DNA of 64,000 bases from the human T2T-CHM13v2.0 reference genome, Homo sapiens: NCBI RefSeq assembly GCF_009914755.1, contig NC_060947.1. One strand, written 5' to 3'. The translations under genes were made by a program, and so were the position numbers. Positions 52,432 to 64,000 of the stretch are shown piece after piece (position 1 is the stretch's first letter; each line of letters begins with the position of its first letter). The notes below the pieces were generated by a model. That model had not been told where the DNA came from, searched no databases, and was given only the letters and a program-made list of their open reading frames with translations.

Positions 52432-53834
52432 TGTATTAGTCCATTTTCCACACTGCTATAAAGAACTATCAGAGACTGGCTAATTTATAAGGAAAAAAAT
52501 AATTTACTCACAGTTCCACATGCCTGGGGAGGCCTCATAAAACTTGTAATCATGGTAGAATGCAAAGGGGGAGCAAGGACCTTCTTCATATGGCAGCAGG
52601 AGAGAGAGAGGAGAGACGGGGGAAACTGCCAAACACTTGGAAACCACCAGATCTCATGAGATCTCACTCTCTGTTATAAAAAAAGCATGGGGGAAACTGT
52701 TCTCATGATTCAGTCACCTCCTTCCAGGTCCCTCCCTCGACATGTGAGGATTATAATTAGAGATGAGATTTGAGTGAGGACACAAAGCCAAACTACATAA
52801 TTCTGCCCCTGTCCCCTCACAAATATCATGTCCTTCTCACATTTCAAAACACAATCATGCCTTCCCAACAGTCCCCCACAGTCTTAACTTATTCTGACAT
52901 TTACTCAAAAGTCCAAGTCCAAAGTTTCATCTGAGACAAGGCAAGTCTCTTTCACCTATAAGCCTGTAAAATAACAATAATAAAAAGTTAGTTACTTCCA
53001 AGACACAATAGAGGTACAGGCATTGGGTAAATGTTCTCATTCCAAAAGGGAAAAATTGGCCAAAACAAAGGGGCTACAGGCCCCACACAATTCTGAAAAC
53101 CAGCAGGGCAGTCATTAAATAGTAAAGCTCTAAAATAATCTGCTTTGACTCTATGTCTCTTATCCAGGGCATGTGCTGCAAGAGGCAAGCTCCCCCGACA
53201 TTGGGCAGCTCTGCTCCTGTGGCTTTGCAGGGTACAGCCCCCAAGACTGCTTTCACAGCCTGGCATTTAGTGCCTGCAGCTCTTCCAAGTGCATGGTGCA
53301 AGCTGTTGGTGGATTTAACATCTTGAGGTCGGGCGGATGGTGGCCCTCTTTTTAAAGTTCCACTAGGCAGTGTCCCAGTAGGGACTCTGTGTGGGGGCTC
53401 CAACCCCACATTTCCCCTCTGCACTGCCTGAGTAGAGATTCTCTATGAGAGTTCTTCCCCTGCAGCAGACTTCTGCCTGGACATCTAGGTGTTTCCACAC
53501 ATCCTCTGAAGTATAGGCAGAAGTTCCCAAAACTCAACTCTTGCTTCCTGAGCACCTGCACACCCAAAACCACTTGGAAGCCACCAATGCTTGGGGCTTG
53601 CACCCTCTGTAGCAACATCCCAAGCTGTACCTTGGCCCCATTTAGCCATGGCCAGAGCTAGAGTGGCTGGGATGCAGGGTCCCATGTCTCGAGGGTGTAC
53701 AGAAGAGCAGGGCCCTGGGCCCTGCCCACAAAACTATTTTTCCCTCCTAATCAGCTGGGTATGTGATGGGAGGGACTGCCATGTAGATCTCTGAAATACC
53801 CTGGAGACATTTTTCCCATTATCTTAGCTATTAG

Positions 53835-54912
53835 TGTTATAGGTAGACAGTCTTGAATGGGGGCAAGAGAGGGCTCTCCCCCATCCACTAAGAATGTTGA
53901 GTGATGGTTCTACAATTATCACATTGCTTCTCTAAAAGTGATAAATTGGCAGTCAGTGCCAGGAAGAGGCCATTTTCTTACGATCCAAATCTATTGCACT
54001 GAAGTGTTAATTGACTGCAGATGCCAGGGAGAAGCAACTTCCTGGGCATGTGCATTAACAAACAACATGGCCATGGAATACTATGAAGTCATAAAAAAGA
54101 ATTAGTTCATGTCCTTTGCAGGGACATGGATGAAGCTGGAAGCCATCATTCTCAGCAAACTAACACAGGAACAGAAAACTAAATTCCACATGTTCTCACT
54201 CCTAAGTGGGAGTTGAACAATGAGAACACATGGACACAGGGAGGGGAACATCACACGCTGGAGCCTGTCAGGGGTTGGGGGGAAATGGGTGGGAGAGCAT
54301 TAGAACAAATACCTAATGCGTGTGGGGCTTAAAACCTAGATGATGGGTTGATAGGTGCAGCAAACCACCATGGCACATGTATACCTATGTAACAAACCTG
54401 CACATTCTGCATATGTATCCCAGAACTTAAAGTAAAAAATAAATAAATAAATAAATAAAAATAAAAAGAGACAACATGGCAGAGTACAACTTTTCAGGCA
54501 CACACCACCAGAAAAGGGAAGAAAGCCTCAGATGGGCATTCATACAAGTTCCTATGCACACTGCATGTGCTTATCTCACCAGGCTAAGGAGGGAACTGCA
54601 CATGTGGGCAGTCCAGCCTAAGAGAAGAATATTGGGAAAGGGACCAGTCTATAAAGCCCTAGGATCAAGGTTAGACACCACACTTGTCCTTCAAACTGCC
54701 CACTTGGATCTCTTCCAAGTGTACTTTCTTTTCTTTCCTATCCTAAAGTCTTTTTAAATAAACTTCCGCTCCTGCTCTGAAACTTGTCTCAGTCTCTTTT
54801 TCTGCTTTATGCCCCTCAGTAGAATTATTTCTTTTGAGGACGCAAGAATTGAGGCTGCTGTAGACCCATAAGGATTCGCCACTGGTAACTCAGATACCTT
54901 CCCTCAGTAACA
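53835..54912 (+). mobile_element. MER50-like ERV1 solo LTR (split by L1)
   Basis: TGTTA...TAACA termini, tataaag and aataaa signals, 4-bp TSD ttag/ttaa. Confidence 0.75.
54072..54466 (+). mobile_element. 5'-truncated L1PA7/8 3' end
   Basis: 3'UTR plus (TAAA)n tail; TSD acaacatggc (54062-54071, 54471-54480). Confidence 0.92.
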
Positions 54913-56036
54913 TTAACATTTGGCTTCTCTTTACTTATGCAAATTTCTGCAGCTGACAGCTTGAATTTCTCCCCAGAAAATTGGTTTTTCTTTTCCACCA
55001 CATGGTCAGGCTGCAAATTTTTCAAACTTTTAGGCTCTTCTTCCCTTTTAAACATAAGTTCCAATTTCAGATCATCTCCTTGTGAGCACATATGACTGTA
55101 CACTTTCAGAAAAAGCCAGGTCACATCTTGAATGCTTTGCTACTTAGAAATTTCTTCTGCCAAATACCATAAATCTTTTCCCTCAAGTTTAAAGTTCCAA
55201 AGATCTCTAGGGAAGGGGCAAAATGCCACCAATCTCTTTGCTAAAATATAACAAGTGTGACCTTTGCTCCAGTTCCTGATAAGTTTCTCATCTCCATTGG
55301 AGACCACCTCAGCCTGGACTTTATTGTCCATATCATTATCAGCATTATGGTCAAAACCATTCAGCAAGTCTCTAGGAAGTTCCAAACTTTCCCACATCTT
55401 TCTCTATTCTTCTGAACTTTCCAAACTGTTCCAGCCTCTGCCCATTACCCTGTTTAAAATCACTTCCACATTTTCAGGTTATTTTCATAGCAATACCCCA
55501 CCACCTGGTACCAATTTCCTGTATTAGGCCATTTTTACCCTGCAACAAATAACTACCCAAGACTGGGTAATTTATGATGAAAAAGGTTTAATTAACTCAC
55601 AGTTCTGCATGGCAGGGGGACCTCAGGAATCTTATAATTATGGTGGAAGGTGAAGGGGAAGCAAGGACCTTTTTCACTTGGAGGCAGGAGAGAGACAGAG
55701 AGCAAGGGTGGAACTGCCAACTGCCAAACACTTTCAAACCATCAGATCTCATGAGAAGTCAGTTTCTATCATGAAAACAGCATGAGGGAAACTGCCCTCA
55801 TGATCCAATCACCTCCTGTGAGCTTCCTCCCTCAACATGTGGGGATTCCAATTTGAGATGAGATTTGGGTAGTGACACAAAGCCAACCCGTATCAGTTCT
55901 GTCCTCAAAGCTCAAAGTTTGATGTAGGATACAAGTAATGAAAATGTGCTATGATAGACATAGGATCAGAGTGTTAGAGAGGAAGAAAAGATATCGATTA
56001 GCTTTGCTTGACATAAGTAAGAGATGTCTCATAGAG

Positions 56037-56370
56037 CAGTGGTCTCCAACCTTCTTGGCACCAGGCACTGGTTTTGTGGAAGACAGTTATTCCATGGGAG
56101 GAGGGGGAGATGGTTTTGGCATGAAACTTTTCACCTCAGATCATCAGGCATTAGATTCTCATAAGGAGTATAAAACTTAGATCCCTTGCATACACAGTTC
56201 ACAGTAGGGTTCACACTCCTATAAGAATCTAATGGTGGCTCTGATCCGATAGGAGGCAGAGCTCAGGTGGTAATGCTTGCTCACTTGCTGCTCACCTTCT
56301 GCTGTATGGTCCACTTTCTAACAGGCCATGGACTAGTACAAGTACATGGCCAAGAGGTTGGGGATCCCTT
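56037..56370 (+). mobile_element. MER1B (hAT-Charlie) DNA transposon
   Basis: TIRs cagtggtctccaacc / ggttggggatccctt; perfect 8-bp TSD TCATAGAG. Confidence 0.9.
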
Positions 56371-56699
56371 TCATAGAGGGTATTATCTTTTATCTACATC
56401 TTAAAGAATGTTTGGAAGGTTGCTAATGAGAAAAAGGGAGAAAGTCCACTGTAATGACAGCAAATAGCATGCAAAACACAATGTTACTTAAGAAAATTGC
56501 AACTGATTTAGAAATGTAATAGTGAGTGATGGATCCTAAAATTGTAGACTAGATGATCCTAAAAATGTACACAAAGTTCCTTCAGAACTTTGTATAATAT
56601 CCTAAGGAATTTGAATTTTATTCCAGAAGCAAAAATAGGTTTTAGCTGCGAAGTAACATGGTTAGATTTGTGTTTTAGAAAAGCCTCGAAACTGGGCCA

Positions 56700-57915
56700 C
56701 TGTTCTTCCCCTACTCCAAATTTCTTCCTCACATACTTCTTCATCTCAGTTAATTCCATCTTTCCAGCTACACATGCTAGAATCCTTGGAGTTATACTTG
56801 GATTACATTTTCTTTTATGCTGTACGTTCTTTCAGGATATCCTCTAAATTATATTGTAAAATTATACCCACAACCTCAACACATCTCACTCCCCTTTACT
56901 GCTACCAAGTCACCATCAAGTATTACTTGGATCAATGCAATAGCCTACTAATTTGTCTGTGTTTCTATTTTTGCCCTCCCATGGGTTTGTTCTGAATATA
57001 GAAGTCCTAGCAGTCCTGTCAAAATGTTAGATAGAATGATTAAGATCTTGTATTTGATAGTACAACAGAATGACTACAGTCAAAAATAATTTATTGTACA
57101 TTTAAAAATAACTAATAGAGTGGAATTGGAATCTTCCTAACACAAAGAAATAGTAAATGATTAAGGTGATGGATACACAGTTACTCTGATGTGACTATTA
57201 TACATTGTATGCCTGTATCAAAACATCACATGTACCCTATAAATATGTACACCTACTATGCACCTATAAAATAAAAAAATAAATTATATATAATTTAAGA
57301 ATAAATAAATGAATAGTAACTACTAAAAATGTTATTCAGATCATGTTACTTTTCTGCTCATATCTAACCATTGGCTTCCTATCTCACTCAGAGTACAAGT
57401 CAAAGTCCTTACAATGAACTACGAAGTCTTAAATAATCTGAGTACCTCTTAGTTCTCTGACTTCATCAGTAACTATTCATTTCCCCCCCCATTTTTTCTG
57501 CCACAGATTCATTGGCCTCCTTGCTGTTCCTAGACTATGCCAGGAACATTTCCACCTGAGGGGTTTTGCAGTTGCTGTTTTCTCTATCAGAAATGCTCTT
57601 CTCCCAGATATCTGTATGAGTCTTTCCCTCACCTATTCAATCATAGGTCACTATGGTGTAAGTTTTAAACATCCTATTCAAAATTTCAACCATTCTTTAG
57701 CACTGTTATTCACCTTCCTTTTTTTTCCCATGACATTTATTACCTCATGGTATGCTATATCATTTAATTATTTATCCTACTCATTTTTGTGATCTCCCAC
57801 TAGAATATAAGCTCCATGAAGGCAAAATTTTGATTTAATTTTTGAGTATAACACAATTCCTAGAAAAGTACCTGGAGTAGAAAGAGTTTAATAAATATTT
57901 GTAGAGAGTTCAATG
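56700..57915 (+). mobile_element. L2 3' region, split by an L1MA fragment
   Basis: tgcaatagcctactaa...cagatcatgttact...ctagaatataagctccatgaaggca...aataaatatttg. Confidence 0.75.
57030..57325 (+). mobile_element. L1MA3/4-type 3' end
   Basis: 3'UTR gtatcaaaacatcacatgtaccctataaat; TSD aaaatgtta (57021-57029, 57326-57334). Confidence 0.85.
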
Positions 57916-59661
57916 AAATTCTAGACAATGGTTTAAATTGAGGAGGCAAAATCAGTGAGAAAAATGTAATAATCCAGGATGTCTGTATTAACTATTTACT
58001 GAGCTAAACATCTACCATGTGTTTCATATTTATCTGGTTTCCGTGAAGAGTAGAAATAGATGAGAAGTCTCTATAATAACTATTATGTGGAATAAAAGAA
58101 TGTTTTCTGCCAAACTGGCGATCTATTAATTGTTCTTACATCCTACTGTACTGTCTTTCTTCCTGCCTTGCAGTAATCATTTTTAAATCTTTTAATCACA
58201 TCCATTCACTTCTAGTTTTTAAATTTTTTGTTTCTTTGCTGTACCTTCACCTTTGCTGGCCAATTCTCTCTTTTGACTATTATTTTTTTCAAATGTTACA
58301 TAGGTTTATCTTTGAGAGACAGAAGCTGACACAACTACACAATTTGCGTCTGTGCACAAACCAAATAATAGGTATGCAGTGACCAATCCAAAAAAAAGAA
58401 AAAGGCTGAAAGAAATGGCATGATTAGTTATTGATAACGATGTGCATAATTTATTTACATAATGATTTATGGGATGAAGAGCTAGAGGCAAAGTTTATAC
58501 TTTATGTAATTACTCATAGTTAAAATACCATGGTAACTTTGACTTTCATTTGGGGATGGTTCTTTTTAAAGCATGGATAATCAAAATGCCAGCACATTAG
58601 ACCCTTGCAAAGGGTTTTGTATGTGTATGTATTTCTTAAAAGTATATGCACACATATGTAATATTATTCATTTTAGTAGGTTTACGTTTTACTGAAAAAC
58701 TATCATGATGTATTAAAACCTGTGAGATTTATCCTTTTTTAACTATGTCATACTATAATGGTATAATACATACAGTACTGTTTCCAAATTCTCTATTATA
58801 TTGAACATTCTGTTGTTCTTCACCTATAACAGTAACACACATTCTTAATTTTAATAGTTTCATGTTAAGCTCTAATATCCAGTAAGGCAAGTGTCTCTCC
58901 TTGTTTTCTTGACGCTTTCCTCTTACTTAAAAATTATAGAATCATTGGAAAAAAACTTGGAATTTTTATTTAATTGAACTGAATATATAGTTTAATTTTA
59001 GGGAAATGAGACATGTTCAATATTTTTCCACTTAATACTCCAAACATTTGGGATGTTAAAATGACTTTTATAACTATTTAATACTTTTTTTTAGAAATTT
59101 TACATACCTTTTGTTGAATTATTTTCAGATACTTTGCATTCTGTGATACTATTATAAAAAGTATCTTATTTTCAAAATTTAATTAAAATTTTTGTTGAGG
59201 TAAACTATATATATGTATTTTACCATCTTTGTCATTTTAAGTGGACACAGTTCAGTGGTAATAAATACATTTGTTTAGGAGGCAGAGCAAAATGATGAAA
59301 TAGAAGGTTCCATTCGTTGCTCCCCCACCCCACAAGGACATCTATTTAACATCTACACACACACATACATAAATCTTCATAAGAATAAAAAATCAGGTGA
59401 GCTGTCATAGCACCCAGTTTTTACTCCATATTGCTGAAAGAGGTACTAAAGAGATAGAAAAAACAGTTTTGAATTACTGATGTTACTCCTCACCCACCCC
59501 CGAGCAGTGGCTGCATGGTGTAGAGGGCATCTCTGGGTGCTGGGAAGGGAGCACAGAGTAACTGTGAGGTATTGAACTAAGTGCTCTCCTGTTAAACCAG
59601 AAAAAAAGCCACACTGACCAAACTCAGCTGATACTCACCCATGGAAAGAGCATTTAAACCA

Positions 59662-59915
59662 GACCGGACACAGTGGCTCACGCCTACAATCCCAGCACTT
59701 TGGGAGGCCAAGGCGGGCAGATCACGAGGTGAGGAGATTGAGACCAGTCTGGCCAACATGGTGAAACCCCGTCTCTACTAAAAATACAAAAATTAGCTGG
59801 ACGTGGTCACACGTGCCTGTAATCCCAGCTACTCGGGAGGCTGAGGCAGGAGAATCACTTGAACCAAGGAGTCGGAGGTTGCAGTGAGCCTAGATTGCAT
59901 GACTGTACTGCAGCC
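59662..59915 (+). mobile_element. AluSc-like, lacking 3' end and poly(A)
   Basis: gatcacgaggtgaggagattgagacc; stops at ...actgcagcc. Confidence 0.9.
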
Positions 59916-61400
59916 ATAGCTAGAGGAGAATTGCCAATCCCAGTGGTCAGAACTTGAGCTCCTCCAAACCCTGCCACTAAGGGCTGTAGTGGTCTGTGTT
60001 CTAAATAATCTTGAAAGGCAGTCTAGGCCATAAGAACTACAACTCATAAGCAAGTGCTAGTGCTAAGCTGGGCCCAGAGACTGTGGACTGTTGGGAAACA
60101 CAACCTACTGAGCCACAAGCTGGGACAGCCAAGGGAGTGCTGAACCGCCCCTCCCCTAACCCAAGGTGCGCAGCTTACAGCGCAAAAAGAGACCCCTTCC
60201 TTCCACTTTAGGAGAGGAGACGGAAGAGTGTGGAGAAGTTAGTCTTGCATCTTGGATAAAAACTAAGCCACAGCAAGATCAGGCACTGGTCAGACTTGTG
60301 ATGCCCCCATTCCAGGCCCTAGCTCCTGGAAAACATTTATAGACACACATTGAGCCAAAAGGAAACCCACTGACTTAAAGGGAAGGACCCAGTCCTGGCA
60401 ACATTTACCACCCGCTAATTGAAGAGCTCGTAGGCCCTGAATAAGCAGCAGCAATACCCAGATACTATGTCGAAGGTTCAGGGTAAGCCTCTGAGAACTG
60501 CTGGCTTCAGGTGAGACTCAGCCCATGACTAGCTGTGGTGGCTATGGGGCATAATTCCTTCTGCTTGAGAAAAGTAGAGGAAAAAGTAAAGGAGACTTTG
60601 TCTTGCACTTTAAGTACCAACATGATCACAGAACGGTAAAGAATTAAGTGGACTCTTGGGTCCCCAATAACAGGACTTTACTCTTGAATGGCATCTCTGG
60701 ACCTGCCCTGGGCCAGAGGGAGGGAGATCCCGTTACCCTGAAGGATGTGCCTCAGGCCAGGCAGCATTCACCAGGAGCTGACTTAAAAGCCCATGGGCCT
60801 TAAGGAAACATCAGTAGTAGTCTGGCAGTACACCCTGTGATCTCTGGTGGTGGGGGCTATCAGGGTGAGGCCCCTCTGCCTTTGGAAAGGGGAGGAAAGA
60901 GTGGGAAGTACTGTCATGTGATATCAGTGTCACCCAGTCACAGTACAATAGAAAACCAGGTAGATTTCTAAGATTTTTGGCCCTAATTCCTGATTCCTGA
61001 ACAGCACCACTAGACACACACAGCATCTGGGGTAACTTGTCACCCTGAAAAACAAACAAACAAACAAAAACCACCACAGGCCCGATTGGCTTTGCCATCT
61101 GCTAATTGCAGAGTCCCTGAGGGTTTTGAGTAAACATAGACAGTAGGCAGGGAGTGATTAGAGCAGGGCTTGGACAAGACCCGGTGCTGTGCTGGCTTTA
61201 GGTCTGACCCATTTTAGTCACAGTGGTGGTCGCCACAGGGGTGCTTGTATTATTCCACTCCCAGCTTTAAAGGGCTCAGAACAGAGAGAAAAAGACTCTG
61301 TATGTTTGGGAGAAACAAAGGAAAGATAAAAAGAATCTGTTCCTAGTAATCCAGAAAATTTTCCCAGATATTGTCCAAGACCATCAAAGTAACACCTCTA

Positions 61401-61949
61401 TGTAATGGTGAATATTAAGTGTCAACATGATTGGATTGAAAGATGCAAAGTATTGTTCCTGGCTGTGTCTGTGAGGGTATTGCCAAAGGAGATTAACATT
61501 TGAGTCAGTGGACTGGGAGAGGTAGGCCAACCCTCAATCTAGGTGGGCACAGTCTAATTGCTGCCAGCACAGCCAGAAAAAAGGCAGGCAGAAGAACATG
61601 GAAAGACTAGACTGGCTGAGTCTTCTGGCCTCCATCTTTCTCCTATGCTGGATGTTTCCTGCCTTTGAACATCAGGCTCCATGTGCTTCAGCTTTTGGAC
61701 TCTTGGACTTACACCAGTGATTTGTCAGGAGCCCTCGTGCCTTCGGCCATGAACAAAAGCCTGCACTATCAGCTTCCCTACTTTTGAGGTTTTTGGGACT
61801 CGGACTGTCTTCCCGGCTCCTCAGCTTGTAGGCAGCCTATTGTGAAACTTTGCCTTGTGATAGCGTGAATCAATTCTCCTAATAAACTCCCCTTCATATG
61901 TTCATCTGTCCTATTAGTTCTGTCCCTTTAGAGAACCCTGACAAGTACA
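61401..61949 (+). mobile_element. MLT2A2-like solo LTR (HERV-L)
   Basis: tgtaatggtgaatatt...tgattggattgaa...gagaaccctgacaagtaca; homologous to the LTRs at 45025 and 48147. Confidence 0.88.
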
Positions 61950-63059
61950 ATCTGTGAGTCTCCAAGAACCACAGCATTATGGGGCTTGAGGTGCCTGCTA
62001 AAAAGGAAAAAGCTTAGATCACAATACCCAAGTTATTTCAAATATCTGAAAAGCCTCTCAAAGAAGGACAAGTACAAACAAGGCCAGACAGTGAAGACTA
62101 CAATAAATACCAAAATCTTCAATACCCAGACACCAAAGAACATCTACTAGCAACAACATCATCTAGGAAAACATGACCTCACCAAATAAACTAAATAATG
62201 CACTAGGGAAAAACTTGGAGAAACAGAGATATGTGGTCTTTTAGATAGAGAATTCAAAATAGCTGTGTTGAGAAAATACAAAGAAATTAAAAATATAACA
62301 CAGAGAAGACATTCAAAATTCTATCAGATAAATTTAACAAAGAGATTGAAATAATTTAAAAGAATTAAGCAGAAATTCTGGCGGTGAAAAACACAATTGG
62401 TGGACTGAAGAATGCATCAGAGTCTTTTAATAGCACAATGGATCAAGCAGAAGAAAGAATTAGTGAGCTTGAAGACAGGTTAATTGAAAATATACCATCA
62501 GAAGAGACAAAATGAAAAAGAATAATAAACAATAAGGCACACCTACAGAATCTAGAAAGCAGATCCAAAAGGGCAAATTAAGAGTTATTGGCCTTAAAGA
62601 GAAGGTAGAGATAGATATAGGAGTACAAAGTTTATTCAAAGGGATAACAGAGAACTTCCCAAACATAGATAAATATATTAATATTCACATACAAGAAGAT
62701 TATAGAACCCCAAGTCTATTTAACCCAAAGAAGCCTACCTCAAGGCATTTAATAATCCAAGTCCCAAAGATCAAGGATAAAGAAAGGATCCTAAAAGCAG
62801 CAAGAGAAAAGAAACAAATAACATACAATGGAGCTCTAATACATCTGGCAGCAGACTTTTCTGTGGAAACTTTGCAGTCAGGAGAGTAGGATGACAAAGT
62901 GAAAAACAAAAAGCAAAATACAAAACACTTTACCCTAGAATAGTATACCCAGTGAAAAAGTCCTTCAAACATGGAGACATATAGAAGTTCCCAGACAAAC
63001 GAAAGCTGAGGGATTTTATGAACACCAGACCTATCCTACAAGTAATGTTAAAAAGAGTA

Positions 63060-63105
63060 TTACTTTTAATGGCAAAAACTGCAATTACTTTTGCACCAAA
63101 CTAAT
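63060..63105. mobile_element. Half MADE1 (Hsmar1 mariner MITE)
   Basis: ttacttttaatggcaaaaactgcaattacttttgcaccaaactaa with TA on both sides. Confidence 0.85.
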
Positions 63106-63174
63106 ACTTAAGTTAGAATGAAAAGGATGTGAATGAACAATAAGTAATTACCTGAAGGTTTAAAACTCACTGGA

Positions 63175-63299
63175 TATATCTCCCAATGCTAGATGATGAG
63201 TTAGTGGGTGCAGCACACCAGCCTGGCACATGTATACATATGTAACTAACCTGCACATTGTGCACATGTACCCTAAAACTTTAAGTATAATAATAAAAA
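63175..63299 (+). mobile_element. ~125-bp L1PA2-type insertion with 5' micro-inversion
   Basis: gctagatgatgagttagtggg 3' end plus A tail; 13-bp TSD aaaactcactgga (63162-63174, 63300-63312). Confidence 0.92.
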
Positions 63300-64000
63300 A
63301 AAACTCACTGGAAATAGTAACTACATACAAAATCACAGATTATTATAACACTGTAACTGTGAGATATAAACTACTCTTAAGTAGAAAGACTAAATGACGA
63401 ACTAATAAAAAATAACTTTTCAAGGCATAGACAGTACAATAAGATATAAACAGAAACAACAAAAAGTTAAAAAGCAAAAGGACATGTTAAGGCATCGAGT
63501 TTTTATCAGTTTTCTTTTTTTGTTTGTTTACGCACACAATAAGTGGTTATTTATCAGATTAAAATAATAAGTTATAAGAGAATTTGCAAGCTTCATGGCA
63601 ACCTCAATTGGAAAACATACATATATATGATATATGTATATGTTTATTATATATATATATCATATATATGATGAAAAGCAAAAAAAAAACCCTAAAACTA
63701 AATTATATCACAAGAGAAAATTACCATCACTGAATAAAGACATTACAACTGATAAGACAAAGTTTCAAAGGATCATCAATGGCTACTATGAGCAACTACG
63801 TGCAAATAAATTGGAAAATCTAAAGGAAATGGACAAATTCCTAGGCACATACAACCTACCAAGAGTGAGTCAGGAAGAAAGCCAACACGTGAACAGATCT
63901 ATAACAAGTAAGAAAATGAAAGTTATAATAAAAAGTGTCCCAGTAAAGAAAAGCCTGGGACCCAATGGCTTCACAGCAGAATTCTGCCAAACATTTAAAG

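Larger units (their letters stand above)
52432..55895 (-). mobile_element. MSTA/THE1D provirus (LTRs 52432-52800, 55520-55895) interrupted by a MER50-like LTR
   Basis: Paired LTRs; MaLR internal sequence on both sides of 53835-54912; degenerate TSD ggtcc/gttct. Confidence 0.88.
59279..64000 (+). mobile_element. L1MA-era (L1M1-like) LINE-1: 5'UTR, decayed ORF1, partial ORF2; runs off the window
   Basis: 5'UTR similar to 31039-32455; ORF1-like 62170-63050 (atcctaaaagcagcaagagaaaag); ORF2-like from about 63740. Confidence 0.85.

Overview
Primate (most likely human or great-ape) AT-rich, gene-poor nuclear DNA made almost entirely of nested transposable elements. It contains old and young LINE-1s (L1M/L1MC/L1MB/L1MA to L1PA2-16 types), seven Alus, three two-LTR MaLR (THE1/MST) proviruses, an internally deleted HERV-L/MLT2A1 provirus, solo LTRs (MER11, MER50-like, MLT2A2, MER21, MST, MLT1), L2/MIR relics and small DNA transposons (MER1B, MER63, half MADE1). 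I find no host protein-coding gene; the long ORFs in the track are L1 or HERV-L remnants or chance ORFs in repeats. I do not see a new multi-gene biological system. The notable signals are small mechanistic fossils: a 28-nt tailless U6 snRNA retrocopy with a 16-bp TSD inside a MER11 LTR; a ~125-bp L1PA2 insertion with a 17-nt 5' inversion; a probable young-L1 gene-conversion tract in an older L1; a THE1 provirus with discordant LTRs despite an intact TSD; a local L1 duplication with template-switch palindromes; and an internally deleted mini-L1. Subfamily names come from my recall of consensus sequences, not from a search. Boundaries without a TSD are approximate.
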